From NCBI GenBank assembly GCA_051294375.1, contig CM119265.1:12826124-12890123 (forward strand): a DNA stretch of 64,000 nt, written 5' to 3'. The stretch comes from Paraspadella gotoi. Lineage: Eukaryota > Animalia > Chaetognatha. Of the stretch, positions 52,721 through 64,000 are shown piece by piece; the first letter of the stretch is position 1; each line of letters begins with the position of its first letter. The position numbers were made by a program, and so were the translations under genes. A model generated the notes under the pieces. The model was not told the origin of the DNA, made no database searches, and worked only from the letters and a program-made list of their open reading frames with translations.

Positions 52721-53388
52721 AAATGTAAACAACGAAAAAAATATATTTCACTATTTGAACGCTATTTACTCATGAGTGAATGGGGCGATTGACTTCAAAA
52801 TTTTGTTATTATGGGAAATGAAAGTTAAAATGGAAAAAGAAACAATCTATTTCACTATTTGATTATGCTTTTTTTATTTTTATATGAAATGTAAATTCAA
52901 GCTGCATTAATTAATTATTATTAAATAAGTATTAATTAATTATTAATTATTTGTAATTAATTAATTAAGTGATTGAGATTTGATGGGTGTTTCGATTTAG
53001 GGTTTGGACTTCTCCTCAATAGCTGACAATCATTTAAATATATTTTAAAATTTCATTAAGCATTAGTTTATCTTTGCTTGTAAGAATATTATATAAAACC
53101 TTTTTCGTCGCCACTGATTTCCTCTTTTTTTCTCGAATTAGCATGCCAATCAATTGTGATATAAATTTTGCTCTCTAGTTTCTAGAGATTTTTACGAAAA
53201 GCAACCACCACTATTTTTTCGAGGGCTTAAAAGAACTCGGGGCGGGGGAAACTCTCTTCGTCACGTTTTTGAAAAAATAAAAAAGATTGAGGCCTTTATT
53301 TTCTTCTCGAGAAAGATCAGATTTCGAAGCGAGTTGATGTTCTCAGATGCGGTTGAAAAATGAGAAGATATCTGAAATCGAGAGAAAC

Positions 53389-53420
<32 letters not shown>

Positions 53421-53470
53421 GTTAATAATAATATCATGATAATTCATCTCTGCGGCAGTGGTTGATTTTG

Positions 53471-53720
53471 ATTTTCATATTCAATTTGCAATTTTGATTT
53501 CTCTATTTTTCCCAGAATATACAAAAATCATATTTAATATTATTGAGTATTGCTGTAAATAGTCCGATAAGTTACTTCTGAGCTCTTTTTTACAGATTTT
53601 CATATTCAATTTGCAATTTTGATTTCTCTATTTTTCCCAGAATATACAAAAATCATGTTTAATATTATTTAGTATTGCTGTAAATAGACCGATAAGTTAC
53701 TTCTTAGCTCTTCTTCACAG
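53471..53720. repeat. Tandem duplication of ~125 bp
   Basis: 'attttcatattcaatttgcaattttgatttctc...gataagttacttct.agctctt...acag' occurs twice in tandem with few substitutions. Confidence 0.9.
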
Positions 53721-54945
53721 CAATTAATGTCATGCAGGTTTCTGGACTTCCTCTCCATCTATATCGGTCATAAATCTTCTTTTAAAAAAAAATATAATCG
53801 CATGTCTTTTTTTGTTTTCGATCAATTCTATTTTTTTTTTTTTTTTCAATTTAGAAAAAAAATGTTTGTAGCCAGAGTTTCGCTAAATCGAAAACATTTT
53901 ATCTCTCTTTTTTATTTCTTTCTTTCGCTTACTTTTTTCTTTCTTTTCGCAGCGGTATTCCTCATCGAACCTTTTCGTTCCTCATCATCCTCCTACTGCT
54001 CCTCCTCTTCCTCCTCCTCCGGGTCTTCCACTCGCTCTCGCTCGCTCTCGCACAACGAATGACGAGCCTCTCAAAAAAAGGAACTCTTCGTTCCCGTCCT
54101 CATAAGCTGAGGATTCTCTCCATTATTCGTTACACTCAGAAACATACAAATCTGATGCGAAAAAACAACACACAAAGTGTCTTGAACTTTCGTTAAAATT
54201 TTTTTATAACGGATTTAAAATCCTAACAAAAATGAAATTATTAAAAAGTCTATGGCAAAGACTGAGCTTGTCAACCTTTATTAGCACTTTGGATTAAACT
54301 GACGTCATGTCCGATTCCATGTCTCCCGACATCGAAAATTGATAAAGGTAAATTTTGTTATTGAAACTAAATATTTCCCGAAATAGTGAAAAATTACTGA
54401 ATCTATATTAGACATAGAGATTGAATGAGAGCTTAAAACTCATAAAAATTTTGAGAACAATACAAATATTTTACCTTTATTTTACAATATTTCATCGCAA
54501 TATTTAGTTTTAAATTTAATTAATACATGCGTTGCCAACTATACAATCGATCACTAAATTCGGTTAGACGGTTCGAGCAAATATCATAATAATAATATCA
54601 ATTATGGTGGTTACATGTAAAATATATTGTTTAATGGGCATAATTTTACTTTCGCCGAATTTTACCATTTATGGATTGATTGATTGATTGATTATTAATA
54701 ATGTTTAAAATAGGGGCCCTTTGTGTTTGTAAGAGAAAGGAAGCAATGAGAAGAGAAACTAAAAAAGAAAGAAAAAAAAAAATAAGAAAAGAGAACAAGA
54801 AGAGAAGAGTTCAATGTCGGAAAACAGGCCCGTACACGTTCCGTCTCCCCCCCCCCCATTTTACTTTTTTCTTTAGATTGATCGAGAACCGTTCCAAGTT
54901 ATTTTGCTACTGTGAGTACCGACTATTCTGCCTAAAGGCAGCTCT

Positions 54946-56880
54946 ATGGCTCCTCCAGTCGACGTGTTGAACGCATCGACAACGCCGCCAATTGGCGTGC
55001 TGGGTCGTCATCAAAATTTCCAGGCACGTCACAAAACTTCGCAACATCAAGAACGTAACAAGCTTAGCGAACGTCGCCACCACAGTGGCGGTGGTAGTGG
55101 AAATAGACGGAAGATACGTCGCCAGGGAAGCTTAAAAACAATTCAGGTTAAAAAAAAAGTTATTTAAATTTTTTTAATATGAAAATAAAACTGATTAAAT
55201 CATTATTAGGAAGAAAATATGCCACTTCCACCGTCGACGATGGGAACTCAGACGGAGCAGCAACTTGTCGCCAAAGCTTTACGGACAGCTACATCCACAA
55301 AATCAACTCTTAAAACTCTGCCATCGACTATAAATTCCCCCGGTATTAAAGTTGTGCCCCCGACTTCTACGATCTTAACACCAGTTAGCGTCAGCATTCC
55401 GGCATCGTTACCCCAACCCTCTACCGTACTCCCCACGTTGTTACTTCTCTCGACAGAAACGGCAACGTCTCACAGACACACGACGAGTGCCTTCATTCCA
55501 GATGGAGAAGTTCCAGCGATGCCCTCTTCTAAGGAAAACAATTGTGAGGAAAACCTTGCCGGAGATTGTCAAAGTCAAGCTTTTCTCGAAGACTCTCCGC
55601 CTTCTTTGCATTCGCTGTTGATCGACTCGAGCCTTTTTGGATTCGACAATCTCGTCCGCATCATGAACTTTCATCCCAAGTATTTAGAGATTTTTTTATC
55701 TTCCCACTTGCACCTGTTGACTGGTGATGGTCCGTTGCCCGTCGCTCATCGTGCCTACATTGGAGTGATGGCAGCGGCGCGACTTAAATGCTCACAACTC
55801 GTACATAGTCTAACCAGCGATTTCCTCCGTTGGGGTGGAGATTCTTCTTGGCTGGATGGGCTCCACAACGCTCCAAAGAAGCTGCGCGATCTTGGCGAGA
55901 TGAACAAGATACTGGCCCACCGCCCTTGGACTGTGAACAAAGATCACGTTCGAGGACTGACTAAGTGTGACCCGGCGTGGAGCGCATCCGAACTAGTTCA
56001 CGCTCTAACACTGCTGGCACACTTCCATGCTTTATCGGGATTTGTTTTCGGAAGCGGCCTCCAGCGCGACGCCGACAAGCCGTCGCCATCACCACCCGCG
56101 AGTCCCTGTAACGCAGAAGGGGCTCCTCCGTCACCCAAGGAAGGTGGATGGGCCGACGCAGTGTTGGAACGAATGAGAGGTTTCAAGCCTGAAGAATTGA
56201 GTCCAGAAGAATGCGTCAAAAGATTTTTAACTGTCGGCTCACAAACCGCCGAATTACCGGTGTCCAAATGCGAAAAGGTTGCCGCAAAATCCTCTCCAAC
56301 GCAAGATGACGCCATAAGAAACTTATACCGATTCGTCGATGATCCAGAATTTAGCTACATAGACTTCGCAAAATCGTCGGCCAACGAAGGAAAAGAGGCC
56401 CATCATTCTGCCAACCGTAAATCACCAGATGACACTAACCACCTATGCGTTCAAGACTATAGCTGGCAAGACCACGGATTTTCCGTCCTCAACCGTTTTT
56501 ACGACGTTAACGGTTCTAATCTGCTTGATGACAAGTTCCGTGTGGCAGAGAATTTGACTTATAACACTATGGCCACCCATCGAGACGTCGATACTCAAGT
56601 CTTCCGTCGCGCTATATGGAATTACATAGACCTACTTTTCGGTATAAGACACGACGATTATGATTATAAAGAGATTAACGAACTACTTCCTCCCACCTTA
56701 AAAAAATTTATTAAAACGGGAATCTGCTATCCGGAACGGGTGACCAAAAAAGATTATTCTAGTTTTATGAGAGAACTGAAGCATAGTGAAAGGATACACG
56801 TAAATATTCTTATGTTAGAAGCGAGATTCCAAGCAGAAATGTTGTACGCTCTCAGAGCGGTCACGCAGCATTTGGTTTGA
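54946..56880 (+). CDS. Sesn: Sestrin (~623 aa, 2 coding exons)
   Basis: join(54946..55146,55210..56880) with a 63-nt phase-0 GT-AG intron. Sestrin motifs: FHPKYL, GDGPLP, MAAARLKCSQLV, APKKLRDLGEMNKILAHRPW, WSASELVHALTLLAHFHALSGFVFG, QDYSWQDHGFS, LLDDKF, LTYNTMA, RRAIWNYI, GIRHDDYDYKEINELL, HSERIHVNILMLEARFQAEMLYALRAV. Confidence 0.96.
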
Positions 56881-57480
56881 ACGTCTTTTTTCCCTATATT
56901 TATATTTTATAATTATATAAGTGCATTTTTTCGCTTTTTTTTAGATTTTAGAGCAGCCAACAAAAAAGAAAACTCATCCATGTTAATCACAAACTCTTGC
57001 CCTCGATGTTTTTTAATGAAAGATCTCCACTTTTAAGTAGTGTAAAGAACAGATGTTGTTAAGCGGTAGTGATTAAACTTAGTGATTAACATTTGTCAAA
57101 ACCTAAAAAAAACTATACGATATACAATTTATGCATTAAATTAAATTTCATTTTCGTATTGAAATTTAAGAATACCGTTTCTGTTATGTAACTGACATCA
57201 GGATAGATCCTATATCGTTATAGTTTAATTACCTTTGTGAGTAGAGAAATTTATAACGCTGCTATAATTCTCTACTTCGTGGAAATGCAATAACATGTAA
57301 ATTTTATTATTGAGAAGGGCTTACCTAAACTTTAAATTAATTTTTTTCCTGCTGAAAAAATCGAAATATTGTACTCTCTTCGATACTGTGATACTTTGTA
57401 AACTCTTGTTACAAATACCAAATAAATATATCATTAATCATTTTATTAAAATTAAGGTTAATTTGCCGATAAAATAATAT

Positions 57481-57930
57481 AACGGTTGGTGGATTTTAGT
57501 CCACCATACATCCCCCCCTCCCGTAGGGAGAAGTCTGTTGCGTCTCTTCAGTGAATTGTTGATGTTGGTGGAAAGTTCGTCACCAAGTTGAGATATGTCA
57601 CCTGGTGTGTTGTGGGTGGAAAGTGCATCGCCAGGTTGAGGCATGTCGCCTAAAAGTATTGTTGTTGCTGTTGTGTTCGGAAGTCGGGCTCACCAATGAA
57701 GAGACAGTAATTATTGATATGTGTTAGTGACACAACCGTTCAATATAAGCAGTCCCTGAGCTTCGGATCAGGCTGTAACACCATGTTACAGGCGGGTTAA
57801 GCGCCCCGTCCCTCTTAACTGCCAGACGACCTCCAGGCTAGAACCCCGGACCTTTGGGTTGGGAGGCGAATGACTTGCCTCCGGCACCAATGGACGCTGA
57901 TGAACAGTTGGTGGATTTTAGTCCACCATA
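57481..57930 (-). mobile_element. Non-autonomous miniature LTR retrotransposon (TRIM) with tRNA-like sequence in the LTR; 3' LTR truncated
   Basis: On the minus strand: LTR 57930..57697 (TATGGTGG...GTCTCTTCA), 1-nt spacer, PBS TGGTGAGCCCGAC (57695..57683), ~190-bp non-coding internal region, PPT GGGAGGGGGGGA (57522..57511), then TG and the first 28 nt of the LTR again (57508..57481). Confidence 0.85.
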
Positions 57931-60364
57931 CTATTATACTTTTACGTAAAAACATGAAGTAGCCACACAATTAATTCTATTTACGGTCTCTAGAAGGTAT
58001 TTACAACTTTTAAAAACAAATGGTCCGTCCCCTATAGACTATACTATGGCGGAATTCTAAAAAACCGCATTACGTATCAACGGGTACCAACGTCCAAAAA
58101 AATTTATAGCTCAGTAACGCCTCTTTTTTTTATTATTATTGAGTGGCCTTACCCAATTGCAAATTAAAAGAGTTCACCCCAGTAGCAAGGCAAAATATCG
58201 TTTTTTAAGGATTTTCGTTTTTCAAATTCTCTAAGGTGGGAGAGATAAAGAGTAAGATTTGTCATTTACTTTTTTTTATACAACACAGACTCTTTATTAG
58301 TTTATAATCTTTTTTTTTCAAGATAATTTGAAAAATTAATTAATTAATTTATTAATTAATTAATTTAAAACTAGAAAAATTAACAAATTTTAAGTTATAA
58401 GAGTTTAAGTGAAATTTTATTTTGAAATTAGAAAGAGTTAGTTAAAGAAGCTCAAAATGAGCTGATCCCCTCCCCCTTAAAATGGCCGTCAGATGAGGGT
58501 CAGTGGTAGATTATGGTTGGTCATTGACATAGTTATTGGCCCTCGACTGGGAAGCATCAGGAATGAGTCCCAGAGCAATTCTAATGTCGACCAAAACTGA
58601 ATTCAACCCTGCAACCTGCCCTCCTCTCCTCTGCTGAGGAGGCGGGCCTGGTCCTATTCTTGCCTGCTTTGGGGCTGGCTCTGGGACCCCGCCATCCTCC
58701 AAATGTAAAATATATATATATATATATACCACTTCATTGATATGGAAGCCAGGAACTCTGGGAGTGAATAAACAAGACTGTGAGAGAGTCTTGATTGAAA
58801 GCTTGCAGGGACCTGCTATGTCATTATCTTGTAAGATAATGATGGAGGCCTTAAACCACCAAAGCCTGTCCAAAGTCAGGGGCAAGATAGCTTATGTTGT
58901 ATGTTGTACCAATTTCATATATATATCAATGTTCTTTAGTCCAAGACTGTTCATGATCAACTATTCGAATTTTTATCTGCATCTTTCACTACGCCTTATT
59001 AATAAGTTATTATGCACCTATGGGTGGTATTGGTGCTGCAGTCATTTCTATGACCTCCCAACCTCTCATCACTTCATCGGCGATAAACGGTAGGTCACGC
59101 TTCGCTCCCGCAGAAAGCAAACGACGTAGACGTAGTAGTGACTGTAATCGGAATCAAGGAATCCGGGACGTGGTAGATCATCGAAAACGGAGGATCCGAA
59201 TCTCCTAATCCTCCACTACCGTTGAGATGACCTGGCATTCTTTATCCTTGTTGGCCTTGTTACTTTCATAATACAATATATTATATAATTCTTAAGCATT
59301 CTTAAACTTTTGATTTTGACACTAATTAGTGTTAACTTTTTAGTAGAATTTGCAATTTGAAAGACAAATCGTTTAAATTTTAATCAACTCCTCATTTTCT
59401 TTATTACTTTCATTGATTTTGAAAGAATTGAAATAATTAAAATAAAGTTTGGTAAAATTTTACATTCGCCGACCGTGGTTTTGGAGTTTTTGAAAAAATA
59501 TTTAAAAATACTCTTAACCTAAAGCCCCACTAACCACGATCGGCAAAAGTAAGATTATGCCTAACTAAATATCGCTAGGCTTCAATATCCGCATCGCTGA
59601 CTTGCTTGGAAATGTTTGGTGAGTTGGAAACCGCTGTTTTGGCTGAAATTTAAGATATAAGCCTTGGGGTTAGTAAATTAGTTTTTTATCGTCGCAATCG
59701 CTTGCGTCGTCTTCGTCGCGGGCGTCGGTGTCATTTGCGTTCCAAAATATAGATCGCCTTATCAAGAAAGTGTGCAATTGTATGAAGCTGAAAATTTATA
59801 TATAACTTCTTATCATCATCGTCTTTCAAAATTAATAATGTTATATATCAAATGTTTAAACTAATTTGAATACCCTTCACATTATGATTAACTTTTTTTT
59901 TTTGTTAATTTGTCCAAAAACGAGTTGAGCTGTGCAGCGGCTGAATTAATTAATTCAGTTTATACTTTGAAATTTATTTACTCAATACAATTTATTTATC
60001 TCAATTCTTTTATTTATTTAAATTAAATAAATTTAATTCATATGTTTTCCCTCTGACTTTTCTTTTTTTATTCTTTCTCGTTTTCTCTCACTTAGTTATT
60101 TTTATTCTCATTTTCTCTGTCAGCTCTCTTACGTTTTTTCATGTTTCCTTTATTTTTTTTTTTTAAATTTATTTCTTATTTTTTTACTTTTTTATTATTA
60201 CTTTTCAATTGTTTTTCAATTTTTTTTATTTCCTCTTTTTTTTTTGTTATTGTTGGGATTTTTGAGTCGAATAATTAATACTTAAGATTTTTTTAAAAAA
60301 TATTTTACCAAGTTTGTTATGTATAAAATTTAGTTTTTCTGTATCAAATTTGATTTTTTGAGTA

Positions 60365-62313
60365 TCAAAGTTTGTCATCGGTCCAGATTTTTCCTATGCG
60401 ATTGCGACGATATTTATGCTTTTAACAATTTTTTTTACAAAATGGAGCAGCTTAATTCGAATAAAGAAACATATTAATTTAATAGAGGGAAATGTCCTTA
60501 AAAGTTAGCGTCATAATGATGAAATTACATTATTATTTAAGAACGGAAAGTTAGAAAATTGTTTCACCTTTGTTTTGGCCATTTTTAGAATTCTGCGAAC
60601 TACGTTTTTTCATTTCCATGTCACAGGGAACGTGGTGCCAGTGACCCGAAACTGCCTCGGTATGAGCCTAGTAAAGTAATTAGTAAAATAATTATTCAGA
60701 TAATAAAATATAAAAATTAGGTGATCCAGGTTATCCAGGTTATCACGTCTATTATAAATAAATTCAACCAAACTTACGCTTGGGCGAGAATCTTTAATAG
60801 TTTGTTCGGGGGCGTTTCGTACACAAATGGCGTTGTAAAATAGAACTATTAGTCCCAACAACACAAAGACCCCGGAAATACCTTTTGTCAAATTAGATAA
60901 AATATTTATGGCGACAAAAATCGAAAGACTAGAGTTTAATTACAAAATATTTTTAATATATTGTCAAATTTAATACTATTTTCAAATTTAAAAAAATGAA
61001 TGTTTAGTGTGTAACCGAATAACTGAAATTATATAGCATTTTTTTGAAGTTAAGGAAACGATGCGGCGTATATATACATATATATTAGAGTTCCCCAGCC
61101 TCAAAAAAATCATTTATTTCGCAATATTATTATTATTCAATAGCTGCTTAATATAAAAGTAGCATCTCATAAACTTCAAAGCACTACTTACAAGTCATAA
61201 CTATTCCAAAAATCAGAGCTTGCTGTCTATTATGACGGTAAAACTTCGTATCGTTTGTAACTTCATCTGGAAATCCTACATACTCCTTCTGTAAAATAGA
61301 GCGATTTAACAATCGACATCGACAAGTTAGTTACAAGAATAAGCTTTAGTTTTCAAACTATTTTAACGGATTAGGTTTTATGAATTATCATTATTATTAT
61401 TATTATTATTATTAGTCTGCATTTTAAAACTGCGACTGAAATTTTTTGAAAAAAAGTTACCCTTATTTAATGGCTTTTAAGGGCTAATTCATACAGTTTA
61501 TATAGACCTTTTAACAAACCAAGACAACTATAAATAATTAGTAAAGTTGCAAATAATACTAAAAATAAAGTAACAATATTTGTGAAGAAACCAATTGCCT
61601 TTTTCTCATCCCATCCACTGTTTATCGCAGATGTTAAAACCACTATAGAGGGTAAGCCTAATATTAAAGTACCTGACAAGGAAAAAAGCTTGGGTTAAGT
61701 AATATATACATAATTACATATTCATTAAAAATGTCAAGAAAAAAACTCCAGAAACCAAAGATGAGTGCGCCCACTCCACAAATAATATGGAAATATCTGT
61801 CTTGTTTTTTCTTCAATTTAATACATCTTTTATTTTTTGACGTCCTTGAAACGGCTTTCGACTCCTCTGCCGAAAAATTACAACCTATAAAAATGAGGTT
61901 AAGCGGCTTATTCGATTTTACGTGCATGTGTGAAGTAGCAAGACTTTGCGATTAAGTAATCTTTATTCTAATTTAGTTCATTATATTTGATATGCGACTA
62001 ATTTTCTAATTTATGTTATATAAAACAATACACCACATCAAAAGGTGTGATAATAGTTATTTCACCGTAACGGAGAGTTCCTTTTTGAACTGTTAAAATT
62101 GTCTTGGGTGGCTCGGGTTGTTCGGGTGGCCTAAGATCTGTTCGATCTGCATTGACTGCTTCGTCCTTGTGGTTTAAAATGATCAAGAAGTAAAATTTAG
62201 TAAAATTTTAGATGTAATTTCATTTGAAAGGTCAATTTAAGCCAGTGGTTAATAAAAAAGTGAGAATATGGACCGAAATCAATTTTTTTACGTACCTCTT
62301 CTGAATCCTGCAT
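60365..62313 (-). CDS. Putative small multi-pass membrane protein, multi-exon, unidentified
   Basis: One phase-compatible GT-AG chain is 62313..62296 (MQDSEE), 62165..62066, 61884..61756 and 61672..(61508 or stop at 61467). A second chain is 61288..61192, 60881..60778, 60667..60568 and 60393..60365. Hydrophobic segments: YFHIICGVGALIFGTLILGLPSIVVL, IGFFTNIVTLFLVLFATLLIIYSCLGLL and ALIFGIVMTCISGVFVLLGLIVLFYNAICV. The junction between the two chains is unresolved and no family was recognised. Confidence 0.5.
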
Positions 62314-62422
62314 TTTCGTTCCCAGAATGCCCTAAAGGTTAATTAAGACGACAAGCTGGAACTCTTTAAATACTTTTTAAATAACATTAATAAGTGCCAA
62401 TTAAAGTGGCTAATCTTGCTTG

Positions 62423-64000
62423 ATGGCTAAGGTCGCTGTTCATTTGAAATCCATAATACAGAAACTGGTAGAGACTCAAATTGGTTCGAAACAAGAAACA
62501 AAATCCTACAGTGATTTTGGCGGAACATCTGCTGACAAAAACGACCCTGTAACTATGGCAATCGAAGACTCGGTCTGCTGATGATGACGCGTTCATAAGA
62601 AATATGTACACTAATACCCGCGATGGCAAGCTGTGACTCTCATTCCCAGGCTCAAGTTTCCGAAACTGACACGGAAGAACTCATTGAGGAAGTAGAAAAG
62701 GAGAAATCGCGCGTGAATGAAGAAAAGGTAAGAAGAACATACGGCGTAGAATAAATCCTCCTCGCGTTATTAATTTTTTATCTTTGCCTTGAAGATACGT
62801 CTTCCGCCCCTTTGTTTGCCTCCCTGTCCATCCATTGATGGAACCGACACTTTGTGCGGGTCCGCGGCTAGCCAGCGTTCGGTGGATACCGTCAGCGTCC
62901 TTGCGGCCCAATCGTACAATGAAAAAAATAACCAACTAGTTTGGATAGAGACCCGACCCTCAGACGCAGAAGAGAAAAGAACCGCCTCCATGAGTGCCAC
63001 GGAGCCACTGCAACAAGAGGACACACCCAGATTGCTGGAACGCGTCAAAGCCATCGTCACTCCACAAATAACAGTAAGGTTTAAAAAAAAAATAATAAAT
63101 GATAGTCTCGCATTTATTAATATCTTAACGTCAGGTCCCTGCGGGGATATCAACAACGAAAAACGACACCTTACGTTTTAATACTAAATTGGCGAAAGAC
63201 GTTCGAATATTGGAAAAAAATACAGGGGAGCAGGCGGCGAGACACTGGATTCAAGCCCACTTTCCTTCCGAAGAAAGAATGGAACTTGATCGTGGAATTA
63301 GCCAGACAAAGTCTAAGAAAAACATTGTTTCGCCCTCTTCCTACGGGGTTCTTAAATCCCACTCTGCTCCGAATTCTCCCTCAAAGTCCGTGACGTTTGC
63401 CAAAAAATTATCAACTGCAAAGCCAGCCATCGTCGCTGTTACAAAACCTAATAATTCGGAACGATTCCAAAATTATAGTAAAACGAATGAAGAATTCTAT
63501 ATGAATCAAACGACCGGCGAGGTCGCCGAAAAAGAATGCAATCAAAGACCATCACTACATCAACTGAAACGACCTGATTTAGCTTTTCCAATGAACTTTG
63601 CTGACGATTTTGGCGGGAATTTGCTACATTTTGAAGATTTGGAAGAGAGTATTTCGTCAATACATATTGCAACGCCGTTATCCTCTATCGTTGGCCCTAC
63701 AAAGCGACAAGGAGACTCTGGGATGGAAAGTGCGTCATCAGCAAGAGTCAAGAAATCAACGTTTGGTACAGGTAAACTGGATATTTTTGTTTAATTAATT
63801 AATAATCAGTAATGATCTTAATCTTAATATTTTGACTATGTTGACGTAATTTCAAGCGTCGATTTCTGAAATTTTCAGATGCTGTCGCGAAAACGGATTT
63901 GGAAGTAAAGCTTTTGAGCGAATCCACCGACCGTGACGCTGGAGATTCCATCCTCGATGACCTTTCCGACGCCAATGACGTCTCGGTCGCTTTTTCTGAT
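62423..64000 (+). CDS. Unidentified multi-exon protein, 5' part, truncated by window end
   Basis: Phase-compatible exons 62423..62572 (tentative; alternative ATG at 62623), 62650..62727, 62795..63073, 63135..63771 and 63879..>64000, with donors gtaaga, gtaagg and gtaaac and short AT-rich introns. Hydrophilic S/T/E/K-rich translation (e.g. SHSAPNSPSKSVTFAKK); no domain recognised. Confidence 0.7.

Noticed and set aside
57222-57241. Spliced-leader-like sequence (agtttaattacctttgtgag)
   Set aside because: Only partial resemblance to nematode SL1, with no Sm site or SL RNA structure seen; probably chance in AT-rich DNA.

Overview
AT-rich eukaryotic DNA with short spliceosomal introns, most likely from an invertebrate animal, in two distinct compartments. 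(1) About 1-37 kb has no recognisable protein-coding exon. It is packed with (GA)n, (GAC)n and (GAAA)n microsatellites and CpG-rich islands carrying several RFX X-box and YY1/Pho motifs. It also holds a noisy ~4.7 kb duplication around two 25-N gaps that looks like a long-read gap-filling artefact. (2) About 38-64 kb is gene-dense: a divergent SPOP-like MATH-BTB-BACK gene with a long low-complexity tail (+), a divergent 11-exon casein kinase 1 gamma-like gene (-), a nearly intronless sestrin (+), a small multi-exon membrane-protein gene (-) and, head-to-head with it, an unidentified multi-exon gene that runs off the right end (+). The most notable element is a miniature non-coding LTR retrotransposon (TRIM) whose LTR contains a tRNA-like Pol III cassette. 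It occurs as an LTR-PBS-internal-PPT-truncated LTR copy at 57.5-57.9 kb and as a solo LTR with a 4-bp TSD inside a CK1 intron. Nearly all short ORFs in the supplied track are microsatellite artefacts. Gene models were built by eye and have no RNA support.
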